Shown here piece after piece: positions 38,775 to 47,524 of a stretch of DNA of 50,210 nucleotides. Location: positions 1-50,210 of the IMG/VR virus record IMGVR_UViG_3300044960_000817; one strand, given 5' to 3'. This DNA comes from a virus (taxonomy: Duplodnaviria; Caudoviricetes). Made by a program: the position numbers and the translations under genes. Position 1 is the stretch's first letter. Each line of letters opens with the position of its first letter. The notes under the pieces were generated by a model, which was not told the DNA's origin, did no database searches, and saw nothing but the letters and a program-made list of their open reading frames with translations.

Positions 38775-40583
38775 CTACCAGCGCCGGCCGCGCGCCGCGA
38801 CCGCGTCGTCGTCGCCGGCCGGCGCGGCGTCGGGCCGGCCGGCCTGAGCCTCGAACCAGGCCAGCACCGGCGGCGGCAGCAGGCTGAGATCGTTGCACGC
38901 CTCGATGGCGAGCCGGGTGAACCGATCGGCGATCTGCGGCGTGCGCGGGCGCATCACCCGCAGCGCCGCCCGGATATCGTCGGCGCTGACCGCGTCGCGC
39001 CGGCCGGCGGCGCGGGCGAGCTTGACCGCCTTGGTGACGACGGCGGCGACATCGGCGGCGCTATAGCGATCGGTGCCGTCGGCCAGGGCGGCCAGCGCGA
39101 CGGCGTCGGCCGTCGCGCCGCGCGCGGCCAGGTGGACCTGGGCGATCGCCGCGCGATCGGCGGCCTCCGGCAGCAGCACCGGCACGATCGCGTCCATCCG
39201 GCCAAAGCGCAGCAGCGCCTCGTCGAGCAGGTCGGGCCGATTGCTGGCGAACAGCACGATCACCCGGCCACGGATGCTCTCGTCGCCCAGGAACTGCAGC
39301 AGCGCGCCGAAGAGGTTCTTGGCGACCGGGTTGCCGGAGGCATTGCCCCGGCTGCCCAGGTCGCTCTGGTCGATCTCGTCGACGAACACGATCGTCGGCG
39401 CGAGCGAGCGGGCGAAGCGGAAGAAGCGGGCCAGCGCCCGCTCGCTCGCGCCGACCAGGCTGCTCTGGATTTTCGCCGCCTGCAGACTGACGCAGTTCAT
39501 GTTGACCGCGCCGGCCAGCGCCCGCGCCAGATAGGTCTTGCCGGTGCCGGGCGGGCCGACGAGCAGGATGCCCTTGGGCACATCCTGGATGCGGCCCTGC
39601 GTCATCGGCGCGATCACCTCGGCCTCGACCCAGGCCTTGACGTGGGCCAGGCCGCCGAGCGCGCCGAGGCCGCCCGGCAGCGGGTCGAGCATCTCGGCCA
39701 CCTCGCTGAACTCGGTGCGGATGACCTCGTCCTTGCGCTGCTTGACCAGCGCCGCCGTGACGCCGCCGCGCTCGGCCCCGGCCAGCAGGATATCCTCGAT
39801 GTGGCGCAGGTTGAGGCCGGCGGTCAGCCGGCCCAGCGCCTCGGGCGACAGCCCGTCGGCCAGCGCGACCCCCCGGCTGGTGGTGTAATAGTCGATAAAG
39901 GCGCGCCGCGCCGGCTCGTCGGGCAGCGGCACCTCGACGGCGCGCCAGCCGGAGGCAGCGCCGCGCAGGTCGGGGTGCAGGTCGGCCACGTCGGCGGCGA
40001 GCAGCAGGATCAGGTTGCCGCTGGCGATGATCTTCGGGTCGCGCCCCCAGAGCTTGAGCAGCACCAGCACCGTCCGGTCGGCCGGGCCGAGCATGGCGAG
40101 CTCGGCCGGCGGCGCGATGGTGGCCGCCTCGTCGATGACGACGGCGACCTGGTTGGAGCCGGCGCGCAGCAGCGCATCGAGCTGGCGCAGCGCCGCCAGC
40201 GGCTCGGTGGCGTCGAACGGATCGGCCGGCAACGCGCCGGGGGCATTGCCGAGGATGGCGGCAATGTCGACGCCGCCGGCCCTGGGCGCGGGCGGGCGGG
40301 CGGGCGCGTCGCCGGTCACCAGCGCTATGGCGCGCTGGCGGGCGGCCTCGTCCTGGAAGGCGATGCCGGTCGCCCGGTTGTAGGTGGCCACGATGCGCGG
40401 CTGGTCGGCGCTCGCGCGCGGCACCAGCCCGGCCAGCGCCGCGCCGAGGTAGCCGCGCACCGTGCGCGTGCGCTCGACGTAGCCGGCCAGATCGCCGCTC
40501 AGGAGATAGGCATGCGCCTCGCTGGAGACGAACGTGTTCCGGATCGCCGCCCACCAGCCCGGGGCGGCCGCCGCCGTTGCCAT
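38775..40583 (-). CDS. AAA+ ATPase (Ycf46-like architecture)
   Basis: LGGL..VK.W, PKGILLVGPPGTGKT, IVFVDEID, SRH SNRPDLLDEALLRFGRMD; degenerate N-terminal P-loop domain. Confidence 0.9.
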   Translation of the reverse strand: MATAAAAPGWWAAIRNTFVSSEAHAYLLSGDLAGYVERTRTVRGYLGAALAGLVPRASADQPRIVATYNRATGIAFQDEAARQRAIALVTGDAPARPPAPRAGGVDIAAILGNAPGALPADPFDATEPLAALRQLDALLRAGSNQVAVVIDEAATIAPPAELAMLGPADRTVLVLLKLWGRDPKIIASGNLILLLAADVADLHPDLRGAASGWRAVEVPLPDEPARRAFIDYYTTSRGVALADGLSPEALGRLTAGLNLRHIEDILLAGAERGGVTAALVKQRKDEVIRTEFSEVAEMLDPLPGGLGALGGLAHVKAWVEAEVIAPMTQGRIQDVPKGILLVGPPGTGKTYLARALAGAVNMNCVSLQAAKIQSSLVGASERALARFFRFARSLAPTIVFVDEIDQSDLGSRGNASGNPVAKNLFGALLQFLGDESIRGRVIVLFASNRPDLLDEALLRFGRMDAIVPVLLPEAADRAAIAQVHLAARGATADAVALAALADGTDRYSAADVAAVVTKAVKLARAAGRRDAVSADDIRAALRVMRPRTPQIADRFTRLAIEACNDLSLLPPPVLAWFEAQAGRPDAAPAGDDDAVAARGRRW

Positions 40584-40608
40584 GGGTGCCTCCTCTCTCT
40601 CCCGTCCC

Positions 40609-40636
40609 TAATTATATCACAATACGTTATATCTAC
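40609..40636 (-). promoter_or_regulatory. Extended -10 promoter with degenerate copies of the shared box
   Basis: TGaTATAAT; GTAGATATAACG and GTGATATAAT half-matches; no -35. Confidence 0.55.
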
Positions 40637-40842
40637 CCGAGCCGGCCGTGCGCGACCACGTGGACGTGGCGAACGTCCGGCCGGTGCTGCTCGGGGGCCT
40701 GGGTGACGACCAGCCGGACGCGCTGGCCGATGCGGGCGACGAGCTGGTCGCTGAGCGCGGCGGCCTGCTCGAAGGTCAACTCGCCGTTGACCAGCACCTG
40801 GATCGCGCCGTCCGGCAGCCGGACGATGTCGACGGTCGCCAT
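40633..40842 (-). CDS. DUF2997-like small protein
   Basis: MATVDIVRLPDGAIQVLVNG...EQHRPD; AGGAG RBS; context. Confidence 0.5.
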   Translation of the reverse strand: MATVDIVRLPDGAIQVLVNGELTFEQAAALSDQLVARIGQRVRLVVTQAPEQHRPDVRHVHVVAHGRLG

Positions 40843-40853
40843 GCGTTCTCCTC

Positions 40854-41282
40854 CTAGAGGTGCAGCCGAATGTGGGTCGCCGGTCGCACCCGGCCCTCGT
40901 CCTCGACCTCGACCGCCTGACTGGTGACGCGCCCCAACCCGCTCAGCGCGGCAACGATCTCCTGGTCGAGCACCCGGCCGCCGGCCACATCGAGCAACTC
41001 GGCGACCTGCGCGCCGATCTCGGCCAACTGCGACCGGGTGTAATAGTCCGACTCGGTCTCGACCTGGCCGGCCGCGACGCGGATGGTCAGGCGGTCGCGC
41101 CCGAAGGCGGCGCGGGCGGCGACCGTCACCACGCCGCCGCGCTGGTCCGTGCTCGCGCGGCCCCAGCGCTGCCGGGCGTAGGCGTCCAGCAGCGCGGCCA
41201 CCTGCTCGGGGCGGAGCAGCGCGGCCAGCCGGCCGGCCGCGACGCGCGCCTTGGCAATGCTGATCGCTAGGTTGCAGGGCAT
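40854..41282 (-). CDS. DUF1257 (Ycf35)-like protein
   Basis: Size, alpha/beta pattern, C-terminal VEDEG..IRL strand; upstream of the DUF2997-like and AAA genes. Confidence 0.45.
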   Translation of the reverse strand: MPCNLAISIAKARVAAGRLAALLRPEQVAALLDAYARQRWGRASTDQRGGVVTVAARAAFGRDRLTIRVAAGQVETESDYYTRSQLAEIGAQVAELLDVAGGRVLDQEIVAALSGLGRVTSQAVEVEDEGRVRPATHIRLHL

Positions 41283-41314
41283 CGGCTCGTCCTCCTCTGG
41301 TGATCGGGGCCGGC

Positions 41315-41539
41315 CTAGCGGCCGCCCGGCCGGCGCAGCCGCTCGACCACCGGCACCGCCGCCGGGCTGAGCCGGTAGCCGAGCGCGAACAGATCGGCCA
41401 GGTAGCGCTCCAGGTCGTCGATCCGCCAGACCCGGTGGGTGTAGGGCCGGAGGTACTCGGTCGGCCGGGCCGGCGTGACGGTGACGGCCAGGCGGCCGTC
41501 GGCCTCGCGGGTGACGTCGATCGTGGCGAGCGCGCGCAT
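41315..41539 (-). CDS. Hypothetical protein
   Basis: AGGAGG RBS; 74 aa. Confidence 0.6.
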   Translation of the reverse strand: MRALATIDVTREADGRLAVTVTPARPTEYLRPYTHRVWRIDDLERYLADLFALGYRLSPAAVPVVERLRRPGGR

Positions 41540-41569
41540 GTCACATCCCTCCTGTGGTTGGGGCTGGGC

Positions 41570-42085
41570 TTACGCCCAGCCCATCCGCTCGCGGCAGATC
41601 GGCCCGATGCCGATCTGCCGGCTGGTCGCGTCGGTCAGCGTCCGGCCGCAGACGCCGCAGACGCCCAACTCCTGGCCATAGCGGGCCGACGCCGCCGCCG
41701 GGTCGGCGGCAATGGCGGCCAGCACGCGCGCGCGCCGCGCGCGCGCGCGCACCGGGTAGAACTCGTCGCTGGCCTGGACGCTGACGAAGGTCCGGCCGGC
41801 CCACCGGCCCTCGGCCGGCCGGTCGACGCGGAAGAAGCCCAGCGCGCCGTCGACCTCGACCGCGTACCGGCCGGCCGGCACCGCCGGCTCCGCCGGCGTC
41901 GCCTGGGCCTTGGCCAGCGCGGCGGCCGGCATCGCCAGCAGCCGCTCGATCGCCTGGCTCGCCGTCGCGCGGCTCAGCGCCGCCTGCCAGGCCGGCTTGA
42001 GCGCGACGCCGCGCTCGGCGGCCAGCGCCTGGATGAACGCGATCTGCTTCGGGGTCGCCGGAACGAAACTCGCTACTGCCGCCAT
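41570..42085 (-). CDS. DUF6011-like zinc-binding protein
   Basis: ATPKQIAFI N-terminus; CGVCGRTLTD.TSR..GIGPIC C-terminus. Confidence 0.75.
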   Translation of the reverse strand: MAAVASFVPATPKQIAFIQALAAERGVALKPAWQAALSRATASQAIERLLAMPAAALAKAQATPAEPAVPAGRYAVEVDGALGFFRVDRPAEGRWAGRTFVSVQASDEFYPVRARARRARVLAAIAADPAAASARYGQELGVCGVCGRTLTDATSRQIGIGPICRERMGWA

Positions 42086-42129
42086 CGGTGCCGTCCCTCC
42101 TGGTGCTGCGCCAACCTCCAATCCTGGCT

Positions 42130-42160
42130 GCATTATATAACACTAGATGAGATAAGTCAA
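42130..42160 (-). promoter_or_regulatory. Sigma70-type promoter with shared 14-bp box
   Basis: TTGACT-N17-TATAAT; box GTGTTATATAATGC. Confidence 0.9.
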
Positions 42161-42210
42161 CAGGCCCGGCCGCCACGCGGGCGAGATCTTCCCGGCGGCC
42201 GGGCGCTGGC

Positions 42211-42786
42211 TCAGGCCGCCGGGCCGGCGGCGCGCCACAGCGCCAGGAAGCGCGCCCGGCCCCGGCTCAGGCGGGTCTTGACCGTCCCGAGCGGCAGGCC
42301 GGTCAGGTCTTGCAGCGCCGTCTGCGTATAGCCCTCGGCGTAGTGCAGCCAGAGCAGGTAGCCCTGCTCGGCCGGCAGCCGGCGCAGCGTGGCCAGCACC
42401 CGCCGCCGGAGGTCGTGCCGCTCGGCCTCCTCGTCGGCCCCGGCCGCCGCGCCGGCCGTGACGGGCAGCCACGCCGCGCCGTCGCTGTCGCCATCGTCAT
42501 CGACCGGCACCAGCCCCAGCCGGCGCGGCGGCGGGCGGCGGCCGGCGCGCCGCCAGCGGTCGATGGCGACCCGGCGCGCCACCTTCTCGACCCAGTTGGC
42601 CGGCCGCGCCTCGGTCAGGCCGGCGCGCGCCGACCAGGCGCGCGCCAGCGCCTCCATCGCCACGTCCTCGGCCTCGCCCCGGTCCAGGCGATAGTCGCGC
42701 ATCAGGCGCGGCACGAGCGCGCCCATCGCCCAGGCCAGCAGCCAGGCCCAGTCGACGGCCGGAACCGGCGAGGGCGTGTCGTCCAC
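42211..42786 (-). CDS. Second ECF sigma-70 factor
   Basis: AEDVAMEALARAW, WVEKVARRVAIDRWRR, LPLGTVKTRLSRGR; start approximate. Confidence 0.85.
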   Translation of the reverse strand: MDDTPSPVPAVDWAWLLAWAMGALVPRLMRDYRLDRGEAEDVAMEALARAWSARAGLTEARPANWVEKVARRVAIDRWRRAGRRPPPRRLGLVPVDDDGDSDGAAWLPVTAGAAAGADEEAERHDLRRRVLATLRRLPAEQGYLLWLHYAEGYTQTALQDLTGLPLGTVKTRLSRGRARFLALWRAAGPAA

Positions 42787-42803
42787 GCGCGCGGCCCCGC
42801 CGG

Positions 42804-43661
42804 TCAGAACTGCACCGGCTCGACGGTGTCGCCCGCCAACCGGAAGACCTGGAAGCGCGCGCCGCCCAGCAACGGATAGGCGCGGCCCTCGACGTGCTGG
42901 ATCAGCAGCGCCGCCAGCAGCGGGGCCGTCTGCCGCGCGTCCTCGTCCAGCCCGTCCGGCATGGCCACGGTGACCAGGACATCCTGGTTGGGGATGGCGA
43001 GCAGGACCGGCTCGCCGTCCGGCCACCAGCCCCGGATCACCTCCGGCACCAGCGCCAGGCTGGCGGCGAAGAGGTCGCCGATCAGCGCTTTGGCAGAGAA
43101 GCCGAACTCCGGGATCGCCACCGTCCTGGGCTCCAGCGTCGCCGCGTGGGCGCGCAGTCCGGCCGCGCCGGCGGCGAAGATCTGGTCGTCGGCGACGCCC
43201 CACCGCAGCTGGTCCGAGCGCGTCAGCCGCTGCAGGTGGCCAGGGAAGTCCATCACCGCGCTGACCGCCAGTCCGCACTGCCAGGGCCGCAGCAGCAGCG
43301 TGCCGGCCGGGATGCCGGCGCGCTGCTCGATGCCCGCGCCGACCAACTGCACCTTGAGCCGGCCGACGGCGTCGCCCCAACTGTCGTCGGCGGCCATCGC
43401 CGTCTCCGGCGCGCGGATGGCGGCCAGCGCCGCCGCCATCCGCGCCAGCACCCCCTCCAGGTCGTCCGGCTGGTCCAGGTAGTTGCCGTAGGCATTGCCG
43501 AGCCAGATCGTCCACATCTCCGCGCCGAGCGCCGGCGCGCCGAGCGCCAGCCGCAGCGTGTCCTCCTCGTCGCCCGCCGTGACGGTCACGTCGGGCAGGC
43601 TCGCCCGCAAGTGCGCGGCCATCCGCGCGCGGAACTCCGGCATCGTCAGTCGTCCGCTCAT
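42804..43661 (-). CDS. DUF1444-like protein
   Basis: WLGNAY..Y...PDDLE, LLAIPNQDVLV; ATGA-coupled to the ARH gene. Confidence 0.55.
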   Translation of the reverse strand: MSGRLTMPEFRARMAAHLRASLPDVTVTAGDEEDTLRLALGAPALGAEMWTIWLGNAYGNYLDQPDDLEGVLARMAAALAAIRAPETAMAADDSWGDAVGRLKVQLVGAGIEQRAGIPAGTLLLRPWQCGLAVSAVMDFPGHLQRLTRSDQLRWGVADDQIFAAGAAGLRAHAATLEPRTVAIPEFGFSAKALIGDLFAASLALVPEVIRGWWPDGEPVLLAIPNQDVLVTVAMPDGLDEDARQTAPLLAALLIQHVEGRAYPLLGGARFQVFRLAGDTVEPVQF

Positions 43662-44629
43662 CGCCCATCCTCCCCGCCGGCTGCCACCGGCGTCCCTAGC
43701 AAGAGATCGACCACGGCCAGCGCCTGCGCCGGCCAACACCACGCCGGCCGCGGGCGCGGCGTGCCCGGCCCCGGCCGGCAGCCCAGCACCGTCGCGCGCC
43801 AGCGCGCCGGGATGCCGTCCAGGCCGAAGCGCGCGCCAAGCAGCGCGCCGGCGATGCAGGCATTGGTGTCGGTGTCGCCGCCCTGCATCACCACGCTCAC
43901 CAGTCCGGACTCGACATCGCGGGCCTGGAGGACGGCATGCCAGGCGCGCTGGAGCGCCACCAGCACCCAGCCATCCGGCGCTGCCCCCAGCGCCGGCGCG
44001 GCGGCGGCCAGCGCCCGCGCCACCGGCCGGACGGATTGCGCCCAGGCGAGCGCGACGCGGTGCGCCGCCGCCGGGGGGTCGCCGGCCAGCAGCGCCCGCA
44101 ACCCCAGCGCGTGCGCCACGCTGGCCGCCTGGCAGACCGGGTGCGGATGGGTCAGCGCGGTGTCCTGCCGGACCGCGCGGGCCAGCTCGTCCGGACCGGC
44201 TCCGACGGCGACCGCCCAGACCGGCAGCGGGGCCTGGCGCATCAGCGCGCCATTGGCCTGACTGGATCGATCCGGGTCGAACGTGCGCAGCGCCCGGCCG
44301 ATGGTGATGCCAATGTCGAACGGCCCCGATTCGAGCCAGGCCAGATAGGCCCGCAGCGCCAGGTCCGGCGCGTAAAAGCGGCCGCCGGCCAGGAGCGCCC
44401 GGCAGAGCGCCAGCGTCAGCTCGCCGTCGTCGGTCGGCTGGCCGGCGCTGGTGCCCCAGACCGCGCTCGGCCCGATGGTGCGCAGCCCGCCCGGGTAGCG
44501 CCAGACCAGCGCCGCCGGGCTGGCGAACTCAACCTGGCTGCCGAGCGCGTCGCCGACCAGCGCGCCGACCAGGCAGCCGGCGAGGCGCGCGCGGGTATCC
44601 AGGGTCTCCCCGCCGATCGTCCTCTCCAT
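43658..44629 (-). CDS. ADP-ribosylglycohydrolase (DraG/ARH family)
   Basis: GALVGDALG, PTDD, FDIG, ANGALMR, TH, GGDTDTNACIAGALLGA; frame also open from ATG 44743. Confidence 0.93.
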   Translation of the reverse strand: MERTIGGETLDTRARLAGCLVGALVGDALGSQVEFASPAALVWRYPGGLRTIGPSAVWGTSAGQPTDDGELTLALCRALLAGGRFYAPDLALRAYLAWLESGPFDIGITIGRALRTFDPDRSSQANGALMRQAPLPVWAVAVGAGPDELARAVRQDTALTHPHPVCQAASVAHALGLRALLAGDPPAAAHRVALAWAQSVRPVARALAAAAPALGAAPDGWVLVALQRAWHAVLQARDVESGLVSVVMQGGDTDTNACIAGALLGARFGLDGIPARWRATVLGCRPGPGTPRPRPAWCWPAQALAVVDLLLGTPVAAGGEDGR

Positions 44630-44650
44630 TCCTCTCCATTCCTCTCCATT
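44621..44650. repeat. 10-bp tandem repeat x3 at ARH start
   Basis: cctctccatt x3 (AATGGAGAGG on the coding strand). Confidence 0.95.
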
Positions 44651-44790
44651 CCTTCTTGCCGCCGGCGCGGCGCGCTCAGGCATGGCCGCCCGCCGGCCGG
44701 TGAGCGGTGACGTCCACCGCCTCGTCGGGCGCGCTCGGTCCATCCATGCGTCATACCTCCCTTCGTCCAGCCAGTCCCACGATCCTGTCG

Positions 44791-44821
44791 GTATTATATA
44801 ACACTATATTATCCGCGTCAA
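44791..44821 (-). promoter_or_regulatory. Sigma70-type promoter with shared 14-bp box
   Basis: TTGACG-N17-TATAAT; box GTGTTATATAATAC. Confidence 0.9.
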
Positions 44822-44908
44822 GAGGTGCGGGCGTCGGCGCGGCGGTGCGCCGCCTGCCAATCCGCGGCGCGTGGTCGGCCCGCGCGCTGGGCGAGCGGGC
44901 CGATCGCA

Positions 44909-45376
44909 TCAGTGGGCCGCCGGTCGCCGCGTCCGGCCGGTCAGCAGGCAGCGCACCGCCTCGACGACGCCCGCCGTGTGGACGAAGGCGCGGCCACGGC
45001 AGTAATGCTGCGGCAGCCGCCGGATGCGCCGCTCCGCTTCATCCGCCAGCGCGCGCGCCAGCGCCGCCGTCAGATCGACCGATGCCCAATCGAGGTCGAC
45101 CGGCGCGCCGGTCGCGGCGGCGCGCCAGCGCCACTCCCAAAGCGCCAGCTCGACCCGGCTGCGGCAGCCGGCGCGGGCGCGCAGCGCCGCCAGATGGTTT
45201 TTGACCGTATGCTCGGCGATGCCCAGCGCCGCCGCGATCTCCTTGTCAGCCTGGCCCGCGGCCACCAGGCGCAGCACCTGGCGCTGGCGCGGCGTCAGCT
45301 CGGCCGGCGTCGCCGCGCGCCGGATCTCGCCCCGCAGCCGGGGCGGTTGGCTCGCTGGCGCGCGCGGCCCGGCCAT
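44909..45376 (-). CDS. LuxR-type HTH regulator
   Basis: LTPRQRQVLRLVAAGQADKEIAAALGIAEHTVKNHL. Confidence 0.85.
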   Translation of the reverse strand: MAGPRAPASQPPRLRGEIRRAATPAELTPRQRQVLRLVAAGQADKEIAAALGIAEHTVKNHLAALRARAGCRSRVELALWEWRWRAAATGAPVDLDWASVDLTAALARALADEAERRIRRLPQHYCRGRAFVHTAGVVEAVRCLLTGRTRRPAAH

Positions 45377-45386
45377 CGCCCGCGCC

Positions 45387-46688
45387 TCACCCGTCCGCGC
45401 CCGCCGCGCCGCGCCGCGCCAATTCCAGCGCGCCCAGCCGGCGGAGTTGGACCGTCCAGCCGGGCGGCGCATCGGGATGGTACTCCAGGCAGGCGCGCTC
45501 GAACCACTGGACGGTCAGGCCGCCCTCAACCTGCTCGTTGGTGAGCGGCAGCCCCAGCACGCGCCGCGCCGTCTCCTCGCCCAGCGCCTCCCAGAAGGCC
45601 AGGAAGCCGTGCCCGAGATATCTGCCGGTCTCCGCGAAGAGCCGCACCCGGTTGTCGGGCGGGGTCAGCCCCCACTCCGTCAGCAGGTGCTCGACCTCGG
45701 CCAGGAACGCCGCCCAGCCGGCGCGCCGCAGCCGCGCCGGGCAGTCCTTGCCGCTCCAGTGGTGGTGTTGCACCACCCGCTCGACCGGCACGCCCCATTC
45801 CCAGCACAGGTGCGCCACCAGCCGCGCCGCCCGCGCCAGCGTCGCCGCCCAATTGCCGTCCGCGTTGACGCAGAGCTCGATGGCGATGCCGCTGGTGTTG
45901 CCCGTCGCCGTGCCGGCATGATAGGCCGCCTCGCCCGGCGGCAGCAGCTCGATCGCCTCATGGGCATCGACCACGTAGTGGTAGCTCGTCCGCTCCGGCC
46001 CACCGCCGCTCCAGACATAGCGGCGGTGCGCCTCGGCGTTCGCGCCGGGCGCGGGATTGGCCGTCTCGTGGATCGTGATGTACTGCACCGGATAGCGCCC
46101 GCCGGGCCGGTTGGCGTTGCCAACCGGCAGGTGCGCGACCCGCACCGCCAGCTCATCATCCATCCATGCGACTCCTTCCGTGTCCGGGTCGGCATGCTCG
46201 GTCATGAACGCCAGCACGCTCGCCAGATACCCGGCCGGGTCATTCTGGTCGCCGGCCGGTGCCCAGACGAGGCCCGATGGGTGGGCGAAGATCTCGCCGA
46301 TGCTGGTCCGCGTCGCGTAGTACCAGCGCGGCTCGACCAGCCGCGCGCAGGTCGACACGCAGCCGTCGCGCCAACTGGCGAAGGCCGGGAACGTCCCGCT
46401 CGCCCCGCCGACCTGGCCGACGACCGCCACGCCGCCGAAGGTCGGATGGCGCGTGTTGCCCCACGAGCGCGTCTGCGTCGCCACGCCCTGCCGGCCCATC
46501 TGGCTCTCGTGCCAGAAGATGGCGGCGATGAACAGCGGGTCGAGGTCGAAGGCCCGGATCGCATCCCAGTACTCGCCCGCGTCGCGCTCCGCCAGCACCG
46601 CCGGCGCGGCCCGGCGCGCCAGCAGCGCCCGGAAGCGGTCGCGCCCGATCCGGCAGACGCCCCGGAACGGATCACCGGCCTCGACCAT
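45387..46688 (-). CDS. Endolysin: lysozyme-fold/glucosaminidase-like + Amidase_2 + cell-wall-binding repeat
   Basis: DPLFIAAIFWHES; ITIHET, SYHYVVD, HAG, IAIELC, QH..WSGKDCP; FAETG...LGLPLT..VQWFERA.LE. Confidence 0.9.
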   Translation of the reverse strand: MVEAGDPFRGVCRIGRDRFRALLARRAAPAVLAERDAGEYWDAIRAFDLDPLFIAAIFWHESQMGRQGVATQTRSWGNTRHPTFGGVAVVGQVGGASGTFPAFASWRDGCVSTCARLVEPRWYYATRTSIGEIFAHPSGLVWAPAGDQNDPAGYLASVLAFMTEHADPDTEGVAWMDDELAVRVAHLPVGNANRPGGRYPVQYITIHETANPAPGANAEAHRRYVWSGGGPERTSYHYVVDAHEAIELLPPGEAAYHAGTATGNTSGIAIELCVNADGNWAATLARAARLVAHLCWEWGVPVERVVQHHHWSGKDCPARLRRAGWAAFLAEVEHLLTEWGLTPPDNRVRLFAETGRYLGHGFLAFWEALGEETARRVLGLPLTNEQVEGGLTVQWFERACLEYHPDAPPGWTVQLRRLGALELARRGAAGADG

Positions 46689-46692
46689 GCCC

Positions 46693-46917
46693 TCATCCTC
46701 CCCGGCGGCCGCGCTCGACCGCCAGCGTCAACCGCTGGACCTCCGCCCGCAACCGGATGACCAGCGCGTCGCGCTCGTCCAGTTGTCGCACCAGCCCGGC
46801 CACCTGCGCGCGCACCCGCCCAACCTCCTGCTGGGCATGCGTAGCGATCATCAACGCTAGCGTAGCATACCCGGCCAGCGCCAGCCAGGCCAGTCGGGCG
46901 GCCCAGCGCCGCCTCAC
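46693..46917 (-). CDS. Small membrane-anchored coiled-coil lysis-module protein
   Basis: GTGA overlap with holin stop; TM helix then coiled coil. Confidence 0.55.
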   Translation of the reverse strand: MRRRWAARLAWLALAGYATLALMIATHAQQEVGRVRAQVAGLVRQLDERDALVIRLRAEVQRLTLAVERGRRGG

Positions 46918-47360
46918 GGCCGGCGATCCGCGTCCGGCTCGGCCTCGCCCAGCAGCGGCCGCAGTTTGGCCAGCGCCTGCCGCAGCACCGGCGGCACCGG
47001 CGCGCCGGCGCGGCCGAGGTTCTCGGTGATCGAGACGAACTCGACGCCGCAATAGATGCCGGCCACGACCGACAGCGCCGGGATCGGCACGTCTGGCCAG
47101 ACCTGGCCGAAGGCCCACTGGGCCAGCGCCGCGCAGCCGACATAGATCAGCACCAGCACCTTCTTGGCCGCGCCGCGCGCCCCGACGTCGCTGTCGATCT
47201 CGCCCCGCAGGCCGGCGGCCAGCAGGCCGGTCACGACGTCAGCCACCATCAGCAGCGGCAGCGCCACCACCGTCCACGGCAGCGTCGCCGTCAGCCAGCC
47301 CACCAGCGCCCCCAGCGCCGCCAGCACCGTCCGGACCTTCGGCTCCAACTCCTCCACCAC
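46914..47360 (-). CDS. Holin (phage holin 4_1-like)
   Basis: DVVTG..A...DS..G..G..KK, E..SITEN....G.PVP; three TM segments. Confidence 0.88.
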   Translation of the reverse strand: MVEELEPKVRTVLAALGALVGWLTATLPWTVVALPLLMVADVVTGLLAAGLRGEIDSDVGARGAAKKVLVLIYVGCAALAQWAFGQVWPDVPIPALSVVAGIYCGVEFVSITENLGRAGAPVPPVLRQALAKLRPLLGEAEPDADRRP

Positions 47361-47511
47361 CGCCCGTCCCCCCTTCTTCTAGGCGCGCGACCAGTTCGCG
47401 CAGCACGTCCTCCGCGCCGACCATCTGCGCGACGCGCAGGTTGGCGAAGCGCTCGAACTCGGCCCGCTCGTGCCGCAGCCGTTCCAGGCGCTCCCGTAGC
47501 AGCTCGATCAC
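47239..47511 (-). CDS. Small coiled-coil hypothetical protein
   Basis: AAGGAGG RBS; first ~45 aa are coiled coil, the rest overlaps the holin. Confidence 0.45.
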   Translation of the reverse strand: MIELLRERLERLRHERAEFERFANLRVAQMVGAEDVLRELVARLEEGGTGGGGGVGAEGPDGAGGAGGAGGLADGDAAVDGGGAAAADGG

Positions 47512-47524
47512 CTCGCCACCTCCT

